Source: an uncultured Gammaproteobacteria bacterium (GTDB taxonomy: Bacteria; Patescibacteriota; Microgenomatia; Levybacterales; UBA12049). From it: a stretch of 64,000 nucleotides of DNA. The position numbers were made by a program, and so were the translations under genes. Each line of letters begins with the position of its first letter. Position 1 is the first letter of the stretch. Where the stretch lies: the NCBI GenBank assembly GCA_964457465.1, contig CAYWEJ010000002.1, positions 15 through 64,014 of the forward strand, written 5' to 3'. A model generated the notes under the pieces. That model worked only from the letters and a program-made list of their open reading frames with translations. It did no database searches and was not told the origin of the DNA. Below are positions 30,160 through 39,682 of the stretch, piece by piece.

Positions 30160-30296
30160 GATTTTTGGTCAAATGATTGTATCAGAGCATTATACTATTT
30201 CCAATAAGTCGTCATTGTTAAAAGATAGCTGATACAGATTGCAATAGTATGACTTCTTGTAAAAAATACGAAAGATATTTATTATAGTTTCACACT

Positions 30297-31409
30297 ATGG
30301 CACGTTCCTCAAATACCGCTAAGTCCTCTGCAGTAATAAAACCTCAGGCCGATAGCGCTCAAAAATTAGAATCTATAAGAATAGCAATGGAGCAAATCGA
30401 AAAGCAATATGGTAGAGGTTCGATTATGCGTTTTGGTGAAGCAGCAGGAAAACTTGATATATCAGTTGTTTCAACAGGGTGTCTTCCTCTCGATCTTGCG
30501 CTTGGAGTTGGTGGACTTCCACGGGGAAGAATTATTGAGATATATGGTCCAGAGGCATCAGGCAAAACAACGGTTTGTCTTTCAACAATCGCTCAGGCTC
30601 AAAAACACGGTGGTATCGTAGCATTTATCGATGCTGAGCATGCACTTGATCCATTATGGGCTGAGAGAATTGGAGTCAAACTTGATGAATTGTTAATATC
30701 TCAACCTGATACAGGAGAGCAAGCACTTGAGATTGCAGAGAGCTTGGTGAGAAGTGGTGGAGTAGACGTATTAGTAATTGATTCAGTTGCAGCACTCGTT
30801 CCACGCGCTGAAATCGAAGGAGAGATGGGTGATGCTGTTGTCGGGCTGCAGGCGAGACTGATGTCGCAAGCGCTTCGAAAGTTAACTGCGGTTATTTCAA
30901 AATCAAAAACAGTGGTGATTTTTACTAATCAACTTCGACAAAAAATCGGTGTAATGTTTGGTAATCCAGAAACAACGACAGGTGGCCTTGCGCTTAAGTT
31001 TTATGCATCAGTTCGTATGGATATTCGAAAAATTGAGACAATTAAAGATGGCGATAAAGCAATTGGTTCTCGCCATAGAGTAAAAGTTGTTAAAAACAAA
31101 GTTTCAACCCCATTTAGAATAGCAGAGTTTGATGTTTTTGCAGGAGGAATTTCGCGAGAAGGTGGTATTTTAGATGTGGGTGTTGAGATGAATGTTATTA
31201 CAAAATCAGGAGCATTTTTCAGATACAATGAGCAGTTGATTGGTCAAGGGAAAGCTGCGGCAATTGATTGGTTGAAAGAAAATCAAGACCAAACAAAAAA
31301 GATTGTTCAAGAAATTATGGCAAGAAGTAAAGATGGTGGCATGCCGGTTGAGGTAGGCGTAGAAGAAGATGAAGATAGTGACGGTGAAGAAACCGAAGTT
31401 ACCCCATAG
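30297..31409 (+). CDS. recA: recombinase RecA
   Basis: [38 protein letters not shown]. Confidence 0.99.
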   Translation: MARSSNTAKSSAVIKPQADSAQKLESIRIAMEQIEKQYGRGSIMRFGEAAGKLDISVVSTGCLPLDLALGVGGLPRGRIIEIYGPEASGKTTVCLSTIAQAQKHGGIVAFIDAEHALDPLWAERIGVKLDELLISQPDTGEQALEIAESLVRSGGVDVLVIDSVAALVPRAEIEGEMGDAVVGLQARLMSQALRKLTAVISKSKTVVIFTNQLRQKIGVMFGNPETTTGGLALKFYASVRMDIRKIETIKDGDKAIGSRHRVKVVKNKVSTPFRIAEFDVFAGGISREGGILDVGVEMNVITKSGAFFRYNEQLIGQGKAAAIDWLKENQDQTKKIVQEIMARSKDGGMPVEVGVEEDEDSDGEETEVTP

Positions 31410-31414
31410 GCTTC

Positions 31415-31897
31415 ATGGATTCATTTGAGAAATATTACACTGCGGCGATCAATTATTTAGCAAGAAGGCCAAGGTCAAGCAAAGAAATTCGTGACAATCT
31501 TTTCAAGAAAAAAGCACCTCATGAAGTAGTTGATCAGATACTTGCAAAGCTCCGGGAGCAAAAATTTCAAAGTGATCTTGACTTTGCACGGTGGTGGATT
31601 GAGCAAAGAACAAGATTTCGAGTAAAAGCGGACAGAGTAATTAAGATGGAACTTCGAGGAAAAGGGGTAGCTGATGATATTATCTCAGCTGCATTTTCTA
31701 GAGATAGCGAAGTGTTGAAGGCTGATAAAGATAAGGCACGTATGCTTTTGCAAAAACATAAAAAAAGATTCGAAAAACTTTCAGGGAAAGAAAGAGATAA
31801 TAAAATCGGAGGCTTTTTATCTCGACGAGGCTTTGGTTGGGATGAAATTAGAGAAGCAATTGACGATGTATTTGAAAGAGATTATAATACAGACTAA
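31415..31897 (+). CDS. recX: regulatory protein RecX
   Basis: YLARRPRSSKEIR, ELRGKGV, FLSRRGF; follows recA. Confidence 0.92.
   Translation: MDSFEKYYTAAINYLARRPRSSKEIRDNLFKKKAPHEVVDQILAKLREQKFQSDLDFARWWIEQRTRFRVKADRVIKMELRGKGVADDIISAAFSRDSEVLKADKDKARMLLQKHKKRFEKLSGKERDNKIGGFLSRRGFGWDEIREAIDDVFERDYNTD
31860..31888 (+). promoter_or_regulatory. near-consensus sigma70 promoter inside recX 3' end
   Basis: TTGACG-N17-TATAAT. Confidence 0.8.
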
Positions 31898-32000
31898 GAA
31901 CAGCAGGAAGTCTGTTGCGATTCGTGGATATGAAAATTAGCTCATACTCACAATTTGTAATCTAAAGGGGCTTAGGTGCCTTATCTCCTGTTGCTTCAGT
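31893..32000 (+). ncRNA. candidate minimal 6S-like RNA / structured rny leader
   Basis: Rod: CAGCAGGA/TCCTGTTG closing stem, asymmetric central bubble, TTGCGATT/AATTTGTAA and GTGGATATGA/TCATACTCAC apical stems; strong promoter; upstream of rny. Confidence 0.55.
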
Positions 32001-32004
32001 ATAT

Positions 32005-33276
32005 ATGTCAGACTCACACCAGCAAGATCTACTTGCATTAGAGAAAAAATTATTAGAACGTCAAGAAAAGCTTGAAGCAAAACAAGAGCAACTTGATGCT
32101 GAAAAAGATGCGCTCGAGCAAAAGAGAGAAAGTTATGTCTCAAAACTTGAGAGCGTTTCTGGACTTACTCGAGAAGAAGCAAGAAAAATCCTTATTGAAG
32201 AAACAGAAAAAGATGCCTCTGCAATGATTGCTAAGATCATCAAAGAAAAGGAAGAAGAAGCAAAAGCTACTGCAGATCAAAAATCTCGTGAAATTCTTGT
32301 TGACTCTATGCGTCATGGCGCTCTTGATTATATAGCTGAATATACGGTCTCTGTGGTAAAAGTTGCAGATGAGGAGATGAAGGGGCGAATCATTGGTAAA
32401 GAAGGGCGTAACATTAGAGCATTCGAGCAAGCAACGGGTGTTGACGTGGACTTGGACGAAGAAGGTGTCATAAGATTATCATCATTTGATAGTGTTCGCA
32501 GAGAGGTTGCAAGACAGTCACTGGAAAAATTACTTAAAGACACGCGTATTCAGCCATTTCGTATTGAAGAAATAGTAGAGCAGACACGCAAAGAGCTCGA
32601 AAAAATTATGCTTGATGAAGGTCAGAAACTCGCAGCAGAAGTAGGAGTCTACAATCTTCCTTCAGAAATTTACCAAACCTTAGGTAGATTTAAATTCAGA
32701 ACTTCTTTTGGTCAAAATCTTGTTGTTCATACTCTCGAAGAAACAAAGATTGGTATTCAAATCGCTTCAGAAATAGGAGCTGATGTAAATGTTGTAAGGC
32801 TTGGTTGTCTTTTTCATGATATCGGTAAAGTAGTTGAAGGGGAAGGAAGTCACGTTAAGCTGGGAGTTGAGTATCTTAATCGCTTTAATCTCCCAGAGAC
32901 AGTTGTTAATTGTGTAGCAGAGCATCACGAAGACAAGCCATTCTCTTCAGTAGAGTCAGTTATTGTTCATATCGCAGATGCAATTTCAGGAGCTCGTCCC
33001 GGTGCTCGTTTTGAAGACATAGAAAACTACGCGAAGAGGCTTAAAGAGATGGAAGAGATTGCAAAACGTTATGAAGGCGTAGAGGATGCTTATGCATTTG
33101 AGGCTGGAAGAGAGCTTCGCGTCATTATAAATCCTGGAAAGCTTGATGATTCACAGACGATAATCTTGTCAAAGAAAATTCAGGAAGAAGTAAGTAGGGC
33201 CTTAGCCGTGCCAGGCGAGGTAAAAGTTACGGCCATCCGTGAATTCCGGTCAGTATACCCAGAGCATACAATCTAA
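32005..33276 (+). CDS. rny: ribonuclease Y
   Basis: coiled coil, KH (KGRIIGKEGRNIR), HD (HDIGK), ADAISGARPGAR. Confidence 0.96.
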   Translation: MSDSHQQDLLALEKKLLERQEKLEAKQEQLDAEKDALEQKRESYVSKLESVSGLTREEARKILIEETEKDASAMIAKIIKEKEEEAKATADQKSREILVDSMRHGALDYIAEYTVSVVKVADEEMKGRIIGKEGRNIRAFEQATGVDVDLDEEGVIRLSSFDSVRREVARQSLEKLLKDTRIQPFRIEEIVEQTRKELEKIMLDEGQKLAAEVGVYNLPSEIYQTLGRFKFRTSFGQNLVVHTLEETKIGIQIASEIGADVNVVRLGCLFHDIGKVVEGEGSHVKLGVEYLNRFNLPETVVNCVAEHHEDKPFSSVESVIVHIADAISGARPGARFEDIENYAKRLKEMEEIAKRYEGVEDAYAFEAGRELRVIINPGKLDDSQTIILSKKIQEEVSRALAVPGEVKVTAIREFRSVYPEHTI

Positions 33277-33389
33277 ACTCTTCTATTAGCTTGATATAGC
33301 AAAATAATCTCTTGACAAGGTTTGGATTTCCCTGTACCTTAGATCTAAACACGATTTTCCGTTTTTTAAAATAAAGGGAGGTGATTTCT

Positions 33390-33662
33390 CTGACTAAGAA
33401 AGATCTGATTGAAATTGTAGCAAAAAAATCAAACCTTACAAACAAAGCTGCTCGCGATTCTGTACAAACAACACTTAATACTATTAGAGACTCTTTGAAA
33501 AGAGGCGAGAAAGTGGTACTTACCGGATTTGGAACATTTAGTGTTCGAAGTAGAGCTCAAAGAGTGGGTCGCAACCCAAAGACTGGAGAAAGAATTACAT
33601 TAGCAGCACGAAAAGCTCCTGGATTTACACCGGGAAAGACGTTCAAAAAAGCAATAAGATAA
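33390..33662 (+). CDS. hup: DNA-binding protein HU (probable CTG start; alternative GTG 33381)
   Basis: TKKDLI, GFGTF, GRNPKTGE, PGFTPGK. Confidence 0.93.
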   Translation: MTKKDLIEIVAKKSNLTNKAARDSVQTTLNTIRDSLKRGEKVVLTGFGTFSVRSRAQRVGRNPKTGERITLAARKAPGFTPGKTFKKAIR

Positions 33663-33681
33663 TGCTTTTTATATTCAAAAT

Positions 33682-33715
33682 GAGGGAGTTCCGCACTGCG
33701 GGATTGCCTCTTTTT
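33682..33715 (+). terminator. intrinsic terminator after HU gene
   Basis: GAGGGAGTTCCGC-ACT-GCGGGATTGCCTC-TTTTT. Confidence 0.75.
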
Positions 33716-33731
33716 GTTATATAATCAGAAA

Positions 33732-34715
33732 ATGAATATTATTACTCTTGATCATCTTTCAAAATATTACCAGATACATAAGAAAGAACCTGGTCTTGTT
33801 GGAGCAATAAAGTCACTTTTTTTTAGGAAATACGAGATTGTAAAAGCCGTGGACGATATCTCATTTTCTATAAATGAAGGCGAAGTAATAGGGTTTATTG
33901 GACCAAACGGGGCTGGTAAAACAACCACTTTAAAGTGTCTTTCGGGGCTACTTTATCCGACAAAAGGGAAAATATCTGTTTTAGGCTCCTCCCCTTTTGA
34001 CAGAGATCCAAAATTTCTCAAACAGATATCTCTTGTTATGGGACAGAAAAATCAATTGTGGTGGGATTTACCCGCCATGGATACATTCTTACTAAATAAA
34101 GAGATTTATGGAGTTCAGAATGAAAATTTTGAAAAAGTAATTAACGACCTTTCTGAAAGACTTGCTGTAAAAGATGTTCTTCACGTTCCTGTGAGGAAGT
34201 TATCCCTTGGTCAAAGAATGAAGATGGAGTTAATCGCATCACTTATCCACTCACCTAAGGTCCTATTCCTTGATGAGCCGACAATTGGACTCGATGTAGT
34301 TATGCAAAAAACAATCAGAGAGTTTTTGAAAGAATACAACGAAGCATATAAGGCAACAATTATTTTGACATCTCATTATATGGGTGATGTTGAGGCTTTG
34401 TGTAAGAGGGTAATTGTTATCAACTTTGGCAAGATTCTTTATGATGGTTTGTTAAATGATTTAGTAAAAAAACATGCTCCACACAAGATTATAAAGATTA
34501 TATTGTCTAAGAAAATAGATGAGAAAGAGCTAAAATCTTTTGGAGAAACAAAGTCTTATTCTTATCCAGAGTGGGAGGTCATTATAGATCATAAAAATGT
34601 AAATAATGTAGCATCAAAGATCCTTAAGCAACTTCCTGTAGAGGATATCATTATTGAGGATCCTCAGATAGAAGACGTAATTGCAGGTTTTTTTACAGAG
34701 CACAAAAGCAAGTAG
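33732..34715 (+). CDS. ABC-2 exporter ATP-binding protein
   Basis: GPNGAGKTT, LSLGQ, LFLDEPT. Confidence 0.95.
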   Translation: MNIITLDHLSKYYQIHKKEPGLVGAIKSLFFRKYEIVKAVDDISFSINEGEVIGFIGPNGAGKTTTLKCLSGLLYPTKGKISVLGSSPFDRDPKFLKQISLVMGQKNQLWWDLPAMDTFLLNKEIYGVQNENFEKVINDLSERLAVKDVLHVPVRKLSLGQRMKMELIASLIHSPKVLFLDEPTIGLDVVMQKTIREFLKEYNEAYKATIILTSHYMGDVEALCKRVIVINFGKILYDGLLNDLVKKHAPHKIIKIILSKKIDEKELKSFGETKSYSYPEWEVIIDHKNVNNVASKILKQLPVEDIIIEDPQIEDVIAGFFTEHKSK

Positions 34716-34727
34716 CATTTACCTTCT

Positions 34728-35522
34728 ATGAGAGCATATTGGAGAGTTACTAAAAATACATGGTCTGAAGTACTTGCTTATAGAGCTAGTTTTCTTTTGT
34801 TTCGTGCAAGAGAGTTGCTCCAGCTTTTTTCTACTTACTTTATTTGGTTTTACATAACTTCTCAAAATAGTACATTTTATGGATACACCCAGTCTGCAAT
34901 GCTGAGTTATATCTTCATCGGTGCATTTGTAAACGACGTTATTTTTTCTACCAGAACAACTGCTATTGCAACTGAAATAAACGAAGGTGCTCTGTCAAAT
35001 TTTTTGGTTAAACCTATGTCATATTTAAAGTATCATTTTTGGAGAGACTTTGGAGATAAGGCAATGAACATTGTTTTTGCACTTGGTGAGCTGAGCTTGT
35101 TCTATGTATTATTTAACCCGCCACTAATTTTTCAATTTAACTTTATACCGATATTTTTTTTCATAGTAAGCTTGATTTTAGGAATTGTTCTTTATTTTTT
35201 CATAAGCATTATTATTGCCTTTATTGGTTTTTGGAGCAATGAGGGATGGGGACCAAGATTTATTTTCTATCAATCAGTAGGATTTTTTTCGGGTAGCCTG
35301 TTGCCTCTTGATATCTTGCCTAAGCCTATTTATTCCTTTTTTCAATTGCTACCTTTTTCTTATCTAACATTTTTTCCTACGAAGTTATACCTTAACCAAA
35401 TTACATTCCCTGATATCATGAAAGGTTTTTTAATAGAGCTTATATGGATTATAGTTATGAGCAAAGTAGCCCTTCTTATTTGGAAAAAAGGGTTGAAAAC
35501 ATATACTGCGCAAGGAATATGA
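34728..35522 (+). CDS. ABC-2 family permease
   Basis: 6 TM, FFSGSLLPLD, adjacent to ATPase. Confidence 0.88.
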   Translation: MRAYWRVTKNTWSEVLAYRASFLLFRARELLQLFSTYFIWFYITSQNSTFYGYTQSAMLSYIFIGAFVNDVIFSTRTTAIATEINEGALSNFLVKPMSYLKYHFWRDFGDKAMNIVFALGELSLFYVLFNPPLIFQFNFIPIFFFIVSLILGIVLYFFISIIIAFIGFWSNEGWGPRFIFYQSVGFFSGSLLPLDILPKPIYSFFQLLPFSYLTFFPTKLYLNQITFPDIMKGFLIELIWIIVMSKVALLIWKKGLKTYTAQGI

Positions 35523-36301
35523 AAAGATATGTTGCATTATGGTTTAGGGTCACGATTCAAACAACTCAAGTAGCATTTGCCTCAAGACTTGGTGTTACAC
35601 TCTTTACGTTTGGTAAGATAGTTAGATTTATAACATTTGTTTTTTTTCTTTTTGTAATAACTTCTAAGACGAATTCCCTTGCTGGATATACCCTTTGGCA
35701 AATTATTCTCTTTTTTCTTACATTTAACATAATTGACGTGATCTCTCAATTTTTATGGAGAGATGTGTATAGATTCAGAAGTTATATCGTCACAGGTAAT
35801 TTTGATATGATCTTAACAAAGCCCATCTCGCCTTTATTTAGAGCTCTTTTTGGCGGAAGCGACATATTGGATCTTATTACGCTTATACCATTGTTGTTAT
35901 TTCTTACCTATGTAATATCTCATCTTGGGAATGTAAATGCGATAAATATTCTTTTATATATTATTTTGATAATTAATGGGTTAACTATTGCGTTGGCATT
36001 GCACATATTTGTCCTGTCTCTTGGCGTTATAACAACTGAGGTTGATAATGCAATTTGGATGGTACGGGAGATATTGCAGCTAGGGCGTTTTCCAGTTAAA
36101 GTTTATCCTCATCCAATAAGCTTTATGTTCACATATATTCTGCCAATTGCTGCATTAGTAACAATTCCTTCACATGCGCTTATGGGAATCATTTCTGTTG
36201 AGGGTGTTATTTTGTGTTTGTTTTTTAGTGTCTTATTCCTAAGTCTTAGTATGTGGTGTTGGAGAAAAGCCCTAAAAGGGTATGCTAGTGCAAGTAGTTA
36301 A
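35519..36301 (+). CDS. ABC-2 family permease
   Basis: GNFDMILTKP, RFPVKVYP; ATGA overlap with previous gene. Confidence 0.88.
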   Translation: MKRYVALWFRVTIQTTQVAFASRLGVTLFTFGKIVRFITFVFFLFVITSKTNSLAGYTLWQIILFFLTFNIIDVISQFLWRDVYRFRSYIVTGNFDMILTKPISPLFRALFGGSDILDLITLIPLLLFLTYVISHLGNVNAINILLYIILIINGLTIALALHIFVLSLGVITTEVDNAIWMVREILQLGRFPVKVYPHPISFMFTYILPIAALVTIPSHALMGIISVEGVILCLFFSVLFLSLSMWCWRKALKGYASASS

Positions 36302-36306
36302 TATTG

Positions 36307-36675
36307 ATCAGGAAGGTAATAAGCCAGATTCTGTTGCTCGCATAAACAAGATTATGCAAGTGACCACAATCTATCTCTTGGTGACGTTTGTCACGTAGTC
36401 CCGCTTTAGGCGGGATGCCTTCGTTCTTTACTGCTCCTGTATACAAGTGATATCGCAGAATTCGGAAGTTGCAGCAGGGAGGATTACCCGTTTCAGATCC
36501 ACTCGTTTCTGTTGTTCTCAAGTCTTGTCATTTCAAGACCTGTTTCATATATCATATGTGGAGAAAATATATGAACACTAGCTATTACTAGTTGGAGCTT
36601 ACGCTCCATCCCTGGTATAACATCTGTCTGGACTTTCCTGTCCGTTTTACCGGACTAGTGATCCACCTTCCTGAT
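36307..36675 (-). ncRNA. rnpB: RNase P RNA
   Basis: Minus strand: P1 ATCAGGAAGGT/ACCTTCCTGAT, AGGAAAGTCCAGA, ACAGAAA, TGAAACGG, AGATAGAT, AACAGAATCTGGCTTAT; TATACT 6 nt upstream. Confidence 0.95.
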
Positions 36676-36707
36676 ATACATAGTATACCACAAATAATAC
36701 TATAAGA

Positions 36708-39620
36708 TCAATCTTTTGAAATACTACATACCATTTTATATTCACAGTTTTTGCATAAGATACTGCCGCTGCAAGAAAAGTTGCTGTATTGAATTTCTTC
36801 AGCCTTTTTGAGTATTTGTTGTTTAGCCAACTCTAGCTCATCTCGTGTCCTGGTGGTTGATATTTTTTTATCCTCCTCAATATAAAATAGGCTTAACACA
36901 ACTTCTTCAGGTCTTCTATTAAAAATCATACCTTGAACTTCTGTTGCAGCAAGTGCATAGAAGGTTAGCTGGAAATCTTCATGGAGCTTTTTTTCTGATG
37001 GAACATTTGACCCAGTTTTGTAATCAATAACTTCAATGTTGCCATTTGACAATGCGTCGATTCTGTCAATTCTTCCTCCTATTTTTAGCTTGTTTAACCA
37101 AAAGTTGAAAGGTTGCTCAATTGCTATTGTCTCAGGGATATCAGCCAAGGTTTTTTTTGCAAAGTTTTGTAGCATAAGATCTGCTTGAACTTTTGCTTTA
37201 TCTTCATGATTTTTACTTAGATACCCAACATTCACCCAATTTTTTAGAAATAATTCGTGCATAGTTTTTTGTGTTATTTTATTATTTGTTTTTAGTAGTT
37301 GAAAAAAATCTCTTAGAGCACTATGGACGCTGACTCCATAGCTAAGTGCTGGTGAAGGAGCAGTAGGAACATTTAGAATATATCTTAGTTTGTAATGGAG
37401 CGGGCAAGTGTCAAAAGTTTGAATTTGAGAATATGAAAGATATGTCAAAGGAGGAATACTTGATTGAACTATTTGTTCACTTTTTTCGTCTTCAATATGA
37501 TTGTTATTAAATAACTCTAAGAGAGATAATTGTTGGCTGGTGTCAGTAGATTTTTGATTTGCTAAGACTTTTTCAATATATTCTTCACCTAATGCTTCAC
37601 CAACGAAAGGAGATATTTTTCTTTCCTTTTTTCCTTCACCATAAAATTTTGCGGCTGTAAGTACAAGTTGGTCTCTTGCCCTGGTCATTGCAACATAGAA
37701 AAGTCTTCTCTCCTCCTCAAGATTTTCATCACCAGTTGGCAGCTCTTCTTTGATGATATCCGTTGGTACTGGTATTTGTTCCTTCCTGTCTCTACTGGGG
37801 AATCTTTGCGTCACTAGGTTAACTACAAAGACAACAGGAAATTCCAAACCTTTGCTTGAGTGAACTGTTAGGATATTTACAGCATCTGTTGATGACCAGT
37901 CTATCTCTGCAGCTAATGGACTTTCTCCAAGCTCCATTGATAGCTCAATCCAGTCTGTTACTGCAAAAACAGAGGCATCCTTTTTATTATTGGCAAATGT
38001 TTGTAATTTTGTAAAAAACTTAGCTACATTTTGCGCCTGATGCTCTGTCTTGGTGGTTTTTGGGTCAAGATAATATCCAAGTAACCCTGAATCTTCAAAG
38101 AAATAGTACAAAATTTGTCCTGCACTCTCAGTAGATATAAGCGAAAGATGCTTTTTTATCATTTTTTCTAAACGTTTTACTCGTTCAACCCCATCGCTTG
38201 ATAGTCCAATTGTTTCGCTTTGCTCAATAGCATCAAGAATACTGCAGTTGTTTCTCTTAACATAATTCAGTAGGGTAGCAACATCTTTTGCATCAATCTC
38301 AAAAATTGGCATAGTAAGAACTCTATAAAAAGATGCGTTGTCATCGTAGTTAGTAAGAATTTTAAGATACGCAATGAGATCGCGAATTTCGTTTTGTTCA
38401 TAGAGATGGCTTGGTCCTAAAAATTGACATGGAATTTTTTGTCTATCAAATACTTTTTGAAAAGGGAGTGCATGATCATTAGCTCTAACCAAGATAGCAA
38501 AATCGTTATAGTGCAAATTGTTTTTTTTCATTTCTTTTTTAATGTATGTAGCAACACCTTCAGCTTCATCTTCTGCCCGTGAGTAATGGAAAAATTCAAT
38601 GTTCTTGCCTTTATGATCTCTTGTCGCAATAAGTTTTTTATCTATACCCTCTTTTGCTTCTAGTCTATCCGGATTGTTATGTTGAATCATTCTGTATGCT
38701 GCTTCTAGAATTACTTGCGTTGAGCGATAATTCTTATTTAAAGTCACAATTTTTGTCTTTGGGAAATGAGATCTGAACTGAAGCATGTTGGCAAGCGCTG
38801 CTCCTCTCCATCTGTAGATACTTTGATCGTCATCCCCAACAACTGTAATATTTTGTTTTGACCCACTGAGTAGGATAGCCATTTCGTTTTGAGAATAATT
38901 TGTATCCTGAAACTCATCGACAAGTATGTATTTAAATTGCTCTTGGTAGCGTTTCAGGATATGTGGGCGAGTTCTAAACAAAGTGAGTACATTACTGATA
39001 AGATCAGAAAAATCCAGGACTCCTGCTTGCATTTTTAATGCCTCATAAGTTCCAAAAGCCTTTGCTAGCTCGTGTGTTTTCTGGATTTCATCTATGTCAA
39101 CATTTTTAGTCTTAAGCTTTTCAGCATAAGAGAGATATTGGATTGGATTTATATCATCGTCTTTTAGTCTGCTAAAATGAGACAGCAGGCCTTGAATAAA
39201 TTTCATAGGATTCCCCATAGGTCTGAAATATTGAAGATCTAATTCGAAAAGATTTTTTTTCAAAAAAAGAAGTGATTCGGTTTCAGTCATGAGTTCGTAG
39301 GAGGGGGTGAGTCCAATATGGATTGCTTCTTGTCTTAAAACGCGATCGCAAAAAGCGTGGAATGTTTCTATCCACAAGTTTGTATATCCATAGGGTAGGA
39401 TTTCATCTACTCTTTTCTCCATCTCACTTGCTGCTTTTTCAGTAAAAGTTAGAGCTAAGATATTTGAGGCATTAACTTTCTTTTCTAAAATAAGGTGCTC
39501 GATTCTTTTTGTTACTACTGTAGTTTTTCCTGTGCCTGCTCCTGCGATAATCATTAGAGGTCCATCGCCGTGGCAAACAGCATCTTTTTGTTCAGGATTT
39601 AGAGTGGTGGTATCGGGCAT
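36708..39620 (-). CDS. UvrD/PcrA-like SF1 helicase fused to C-terminal PD-(D/E)XK nuclease
   Basis: AGAGTGKT, VDEFQD, TVHSSKGLEF, EERRLFYVAMTRA; LSYSQ, GRIDRID, IDYKTG; Cys cluster. Confidence 0.93.
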   Translation of the reverse strand: MPDTTTLNPEQKDAVCHGDGPLMIIAGAGTGKTTVVTKRIEHLILEKKVNASNILALTFTEKAASEMEKRVDEILPYGYTNLWIETFHAFCDRVLRQEAIHIGLTPSYELMTETESLLFLKKNLFELDLQYFRPMGNPMKFIQGLLSHFSRLKDDDINPIQYLSYAEKLKTKNVDIDEIQKTHELAKAFGTYEALKMQAGVLDFSDLISNVLTLFRTRPHILKRYQEQFKYILVDEFQDTNYSQNEMAILLSGSKQNITVVGDDDQSIYRWRGAALANMLQFRSHFPKTKIVTLNKNYRSTQVILEAAYRMIQHNNPDRLEAKEGIDKKLIATRDHKGKNIEFFHYSRAEDEAEGVATYIKKEMKKNNLHYNDFAILVRANDHALPFQKVFDRQKIPCQFLGPSHLYEQNEIRDLIAYLKILTNYDDNASFYRVLTMPIFEIDAKDVATLLNYVKRNNCSILDAIEQSETIGLSSDGVERVKRLEKMIKKHLSLISTESAGQILYYFFEDSGLLGYYLDPKTTKTEHQAQNVAKFFTKLQTFANNKKDASVFAVTDWIELSMELGESPLAAEIDWSSTDAVNILTVHSSKGLEFPVVFVVNLVTQRFPSRDRKEQIPVPTDIIKEELPTGDENLEEERRLFYVAMTRARDQLVLTAAKFYGEGKKERKISPFVGEALGEEYIEKVLANQKSTDTSQQLSLLELFNNNHIEDEKSEQIVQSSIPPLTYLSYSQIQTFDTCPLHYKLRYILNVPTAPSPALSYGVSVHSALRDFFQLLKTNNKITQKTMHELFLKNWVNVGYLSKNHEDKAKVQADLMLQNFAKKTLADIPETIAIEQPFNFWLNKLKIGGRIDRIDALSNGNIEVIDYKTGSNVPSEKKLHEDFQLTFYALAATEVQGMIFNRRPEEVVLSLFYIEEDKKISTTRTRDELELAKQQILKKAEEIQYSNFSCSGSILCKNCEYKMVCSISKD

Positions 39621-39682
39621 GCAGACTATTCTATCATATGCGCATTGTTATGAATGCTATAAATTGTTATCATGCCAATACT

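Noticed and set aside
30067-30296. tRNA as a possible integration site
   Set aside because: No integrase and no duplicated tRNA 3' end seen in the window.
31893-32000. SRP (4.5S) RNA interpretation
   Set aside because: Lacks the domain IV arrangement CAGG...GNRA...AGCAG.
36285-36521. 78-aa minus-strand ORF
   Set aside because: Lies within the RNase P RNA gene.
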